In this document: one piece after another, positions 61,601 to 64,000 of the stretch
Position numbering within the stretch: position 1 is the first letter of the stretch
Layout: each line of letters begins with the position of its first letter
Source of the DNA: Mobula hypostoma
Lineage: Eukaryota
Assembly (NCBI RefSeq): GCF_963921235.1
Contig: NC_086097.1
Span: forward strand, 90,956,001-91,020,000
Direction: 5' to 3'
Length of the DNA: 64,000 nt
Notes under the pieces: model-generated
Seen by the model: the letters and a program-made list of their open reading frames with translations, nothing else
The model's database searches: none
Told to the model about the DNA's origin: nothing
Program-made: the position numbers and the translations under genes

Positions 61601-64000
61601 ACAGTATAATCATTCTCCTGGTGTCACACCACACAGTATAATCGTTCTCCAGGTGTTACACTACACTGTACAGTCATTCCCCTGGTGTCACACCACACAG
61701 TATAATCATTCTCCTGGTGTTACACCACACAGTATAATCATTCTCCTGGTGTTACACCACACTGTACAGTCATTCTCCTGGTGTTACACCACACAGTATA
61801 ATCATTCTCCTGGTGTTACACCACACAGTATAATCATTCTCCTGGTGTTACACCACACAGTATAATCATTCTCCTGGTGTTACACCACACAGTATAATCA
61901 TTCTCCTGGTGTTACACCACACAGTATAATCATTCTCCTGGTGTTACACCACACAGCATAGTCATTCTCCTGGTGTTACACCACACTGTACAGTCATTCT
62001 CCTGGTGTTACACCACACAGTACAATCATTCTCCTGGTGTTACACAACACAGTAAAATCATTCTCCTGGTGTTACACCACACAGTATAATCATTCTCCTG
62101 GTGTTACACCACACTGTACAGTCATTCTCCTGGTGTTACACCACACAGTATAATCATTCTCCTGGTGTTACACCACACTGTGTAATCATTCTCCTGGTGT
62201 TACACCACACAGCATAGTCATTATCCTGGTGTTACACCACACAGTATAGTCATTCTCCTGGTGTTACACCACACTGTACAGTCATTCTCCTGGTGTTACA
62301 CCACACTGTATAATCATTCTCCTGGTGTTACACCACGCAGTACAGTCATTCTCCTGGTGTTACACCACACAGTACAATCATTCTCCTGGTGTTACACCAC
62401 ACAGTATAATCATTCTCATGGTTCGTACACCACACAGTATAATCATTCACCTGGTGTTACACCACACAGTATAATCATTCTCCTGGTGTTACACCACACT
62501 GTACAGTCATTCTCCTGGTGTTACACCACACAGTATAATCAATCTCCTGGTGTTACACCACACAGTTCTCCTGGTGTTACACCACACAGTATAATCATTC
62601 TCCTGGTGTTACACCACACTGTACAGTCATTCTCCTGGTGTTACACCACTCAGTATAATCATTCTCCTGGTGTTACACCACACAGTATAATCATTCTCCT
62701 GGTGTTACACCACACAGCATAGTCATTCTCCTGGTGTTACACCACACAGTATAGTCATTCTCCTGGTGTTACACCACACTGTACAGTCATTCTCCTGGTG
62801 TTACACCACACAGTATAATCATTCTCCTGGTGTTACACCACACAGTATAGTCATTCTCCTGGTGTTACACCACACTGTACAGTCATTCTCCTGGTGTTAC
62901 ACCACACAGTATAATCATTCTCCTGGTTCGTACACCACACAGTATAATCATTCTCCTGGTGTTACACCACACAGTATAATCATTCTCCTAGTGTTACACC
63001 ACACAGTATAATCATTCTCCTGGTGTTACACCACACAGTATAGTCATTCTCCTGGTGTTACACCACACTGTACAATCATTCTCCTGGTGTTACACCACAC
63101 AGTATAATCATTCTCCTGGTGTTACACCACACAGTATAATCATTCTCCTGGTGTTACACCACACAGTATAATCATTCTCCTGGTGTTACACCACACAGTA
63201 TAATCATTCTCCTGGTGTTACACCACACAGTATAATCATTCTCCTGGTGTTACACCACACAGTATAATCATTCTCCTGGTGTTACACCACACAGCATAGT
63301 CATTCTCCTGGTGTAACACCACACAGTATAGTCATTCTCCTGGTGTTACACCACACTGTACAGTCATTCTCCTGGTGTTACACCACACTGTATAATCATT
63401 CTCCTGGTGTTACACCACACAGTATAGTCATTCTCCTGGTGTTACACCACACAGTACAATCATTCTCCTGGTGTTACACCACACAGTATAATCATTCTCC
63501 TGGTGTTACACCACGCAGTACAGTCATTCTCCTGGTGTTACACCACACAGTACAATCATTCTCCTGGTGTTACACCACACAGTATAATCATTCTCATGGT
63601 TCATACACCACACAGTATAATCATTCTCCTGGTGTTACACCACACAGTATAATCATTCTCCTGGTGTTACACCACACTGTACAGTCATTCTCCTGGTGTT
63701 ACACCACACAGTATAATCAATCTCCTGGTGTTACACCACACAGTTCTCCTGGTGTTACACCACACAGTATAATCATTCTCCTGGTGTTACACCACACTGT
63801 ACAGTCATTCTCCTGGTGTTACACCACTCAGTATAATCATTCTCCTGGTGTTACACCACACAGTATAATCATTCTCATGGTGTTACACCACACAGCATAG
63901 TCATTCTCCTGGTGTTACACCACACAGTATAGTCATTCTCCTGGTGTTACACCACACTGTACAGTCATTCTCCTGGTGTTACACCACACTGTATAATCAT
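31654..64000 (+). repeat. 32-bp tandem satellite, about 1,010 monomers, higher-order organised, continuing past the window
   Basis: Consensus TCATTCTCCTGGTGTTACACCACAC(A/T)GTA(CAG/TAA/AAA/CAA/TAG). The 32-nt period is read directly and is reflected in the three rotating peptide phases of the ORF track. Confidence 0.98.

Noticed and set aside
31596..63900. Dozens of plus-strand ORFs (HHTVQSFSWCYTTQYNHSPGVTPH...) as a repetitive protein gene
   Set aside because: A 32-bp period is not a multiple of 3, so the same three peptides rotate through all frames. Stops depend only on which cassette variant falls in frame, and the listed starts are mostly non-ATG codons within the repeat.
31654..64000. 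CRISPR array (palindromic constant repeat with variable interval)
   Set aside because: The variable part is only about 8 bp drawn from a handful of related variants, not unique 25-45-bp spacers. There are no cas genes or leader, and the context is vertebrate retroelements.
31700..64000. TATAAT in many monomers as bacterial -10 promoter boxes
   Set aside because: Eukaryotic satellite context with no matching -35 element or downstream genes; it is just one cassette variant.

Overview
Eukaryotic, repeat-dense genomic DNA, most likely from a cartilaginous fish (ray/shark). That is an inference from the repeat repertoire (CR1, Rex1/Babar, RTE and Penelope-like retroelements, V-domain SINEs). No host protein-coding gene is recognisable. 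Bases 1-31.3 kb are a mosaic of nested, mostly dead transposons: a near-full-length CR1 LINE, several CR1 nests with readable target-site duplications (TSDs), Penelope-like elements whose terminal repeats carry minimal hammerhead-ribozyme motifs, an RTE-type element with a tRNA-derived head inside its 3' hairpin, an RTE LINE/SINE pair with a shared 3' tail, and an internally deleted hAT-like transposon. From 31654 to the window end (about 32.3 kb, about 1,010 monomers, still open at 64000) is a 32-bp palindrome-containing satellite. It has two higher-order-repeat (HOR) domains: a 672-bp 21-mer, then a 1369-bp 43-mer with variants. Degenerate proto-monomers flank it on the left. All ORFs over the satellite are artefacts. 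I cannot show that a wholly new biological system is present. The best leads are the satellite architecture, the hammerhead-bearing Penelope repeats and the composite RTE/tRNA element. Family assignments come from recalled motifs, not database searches, and element boundaries without TSDs are approximate.
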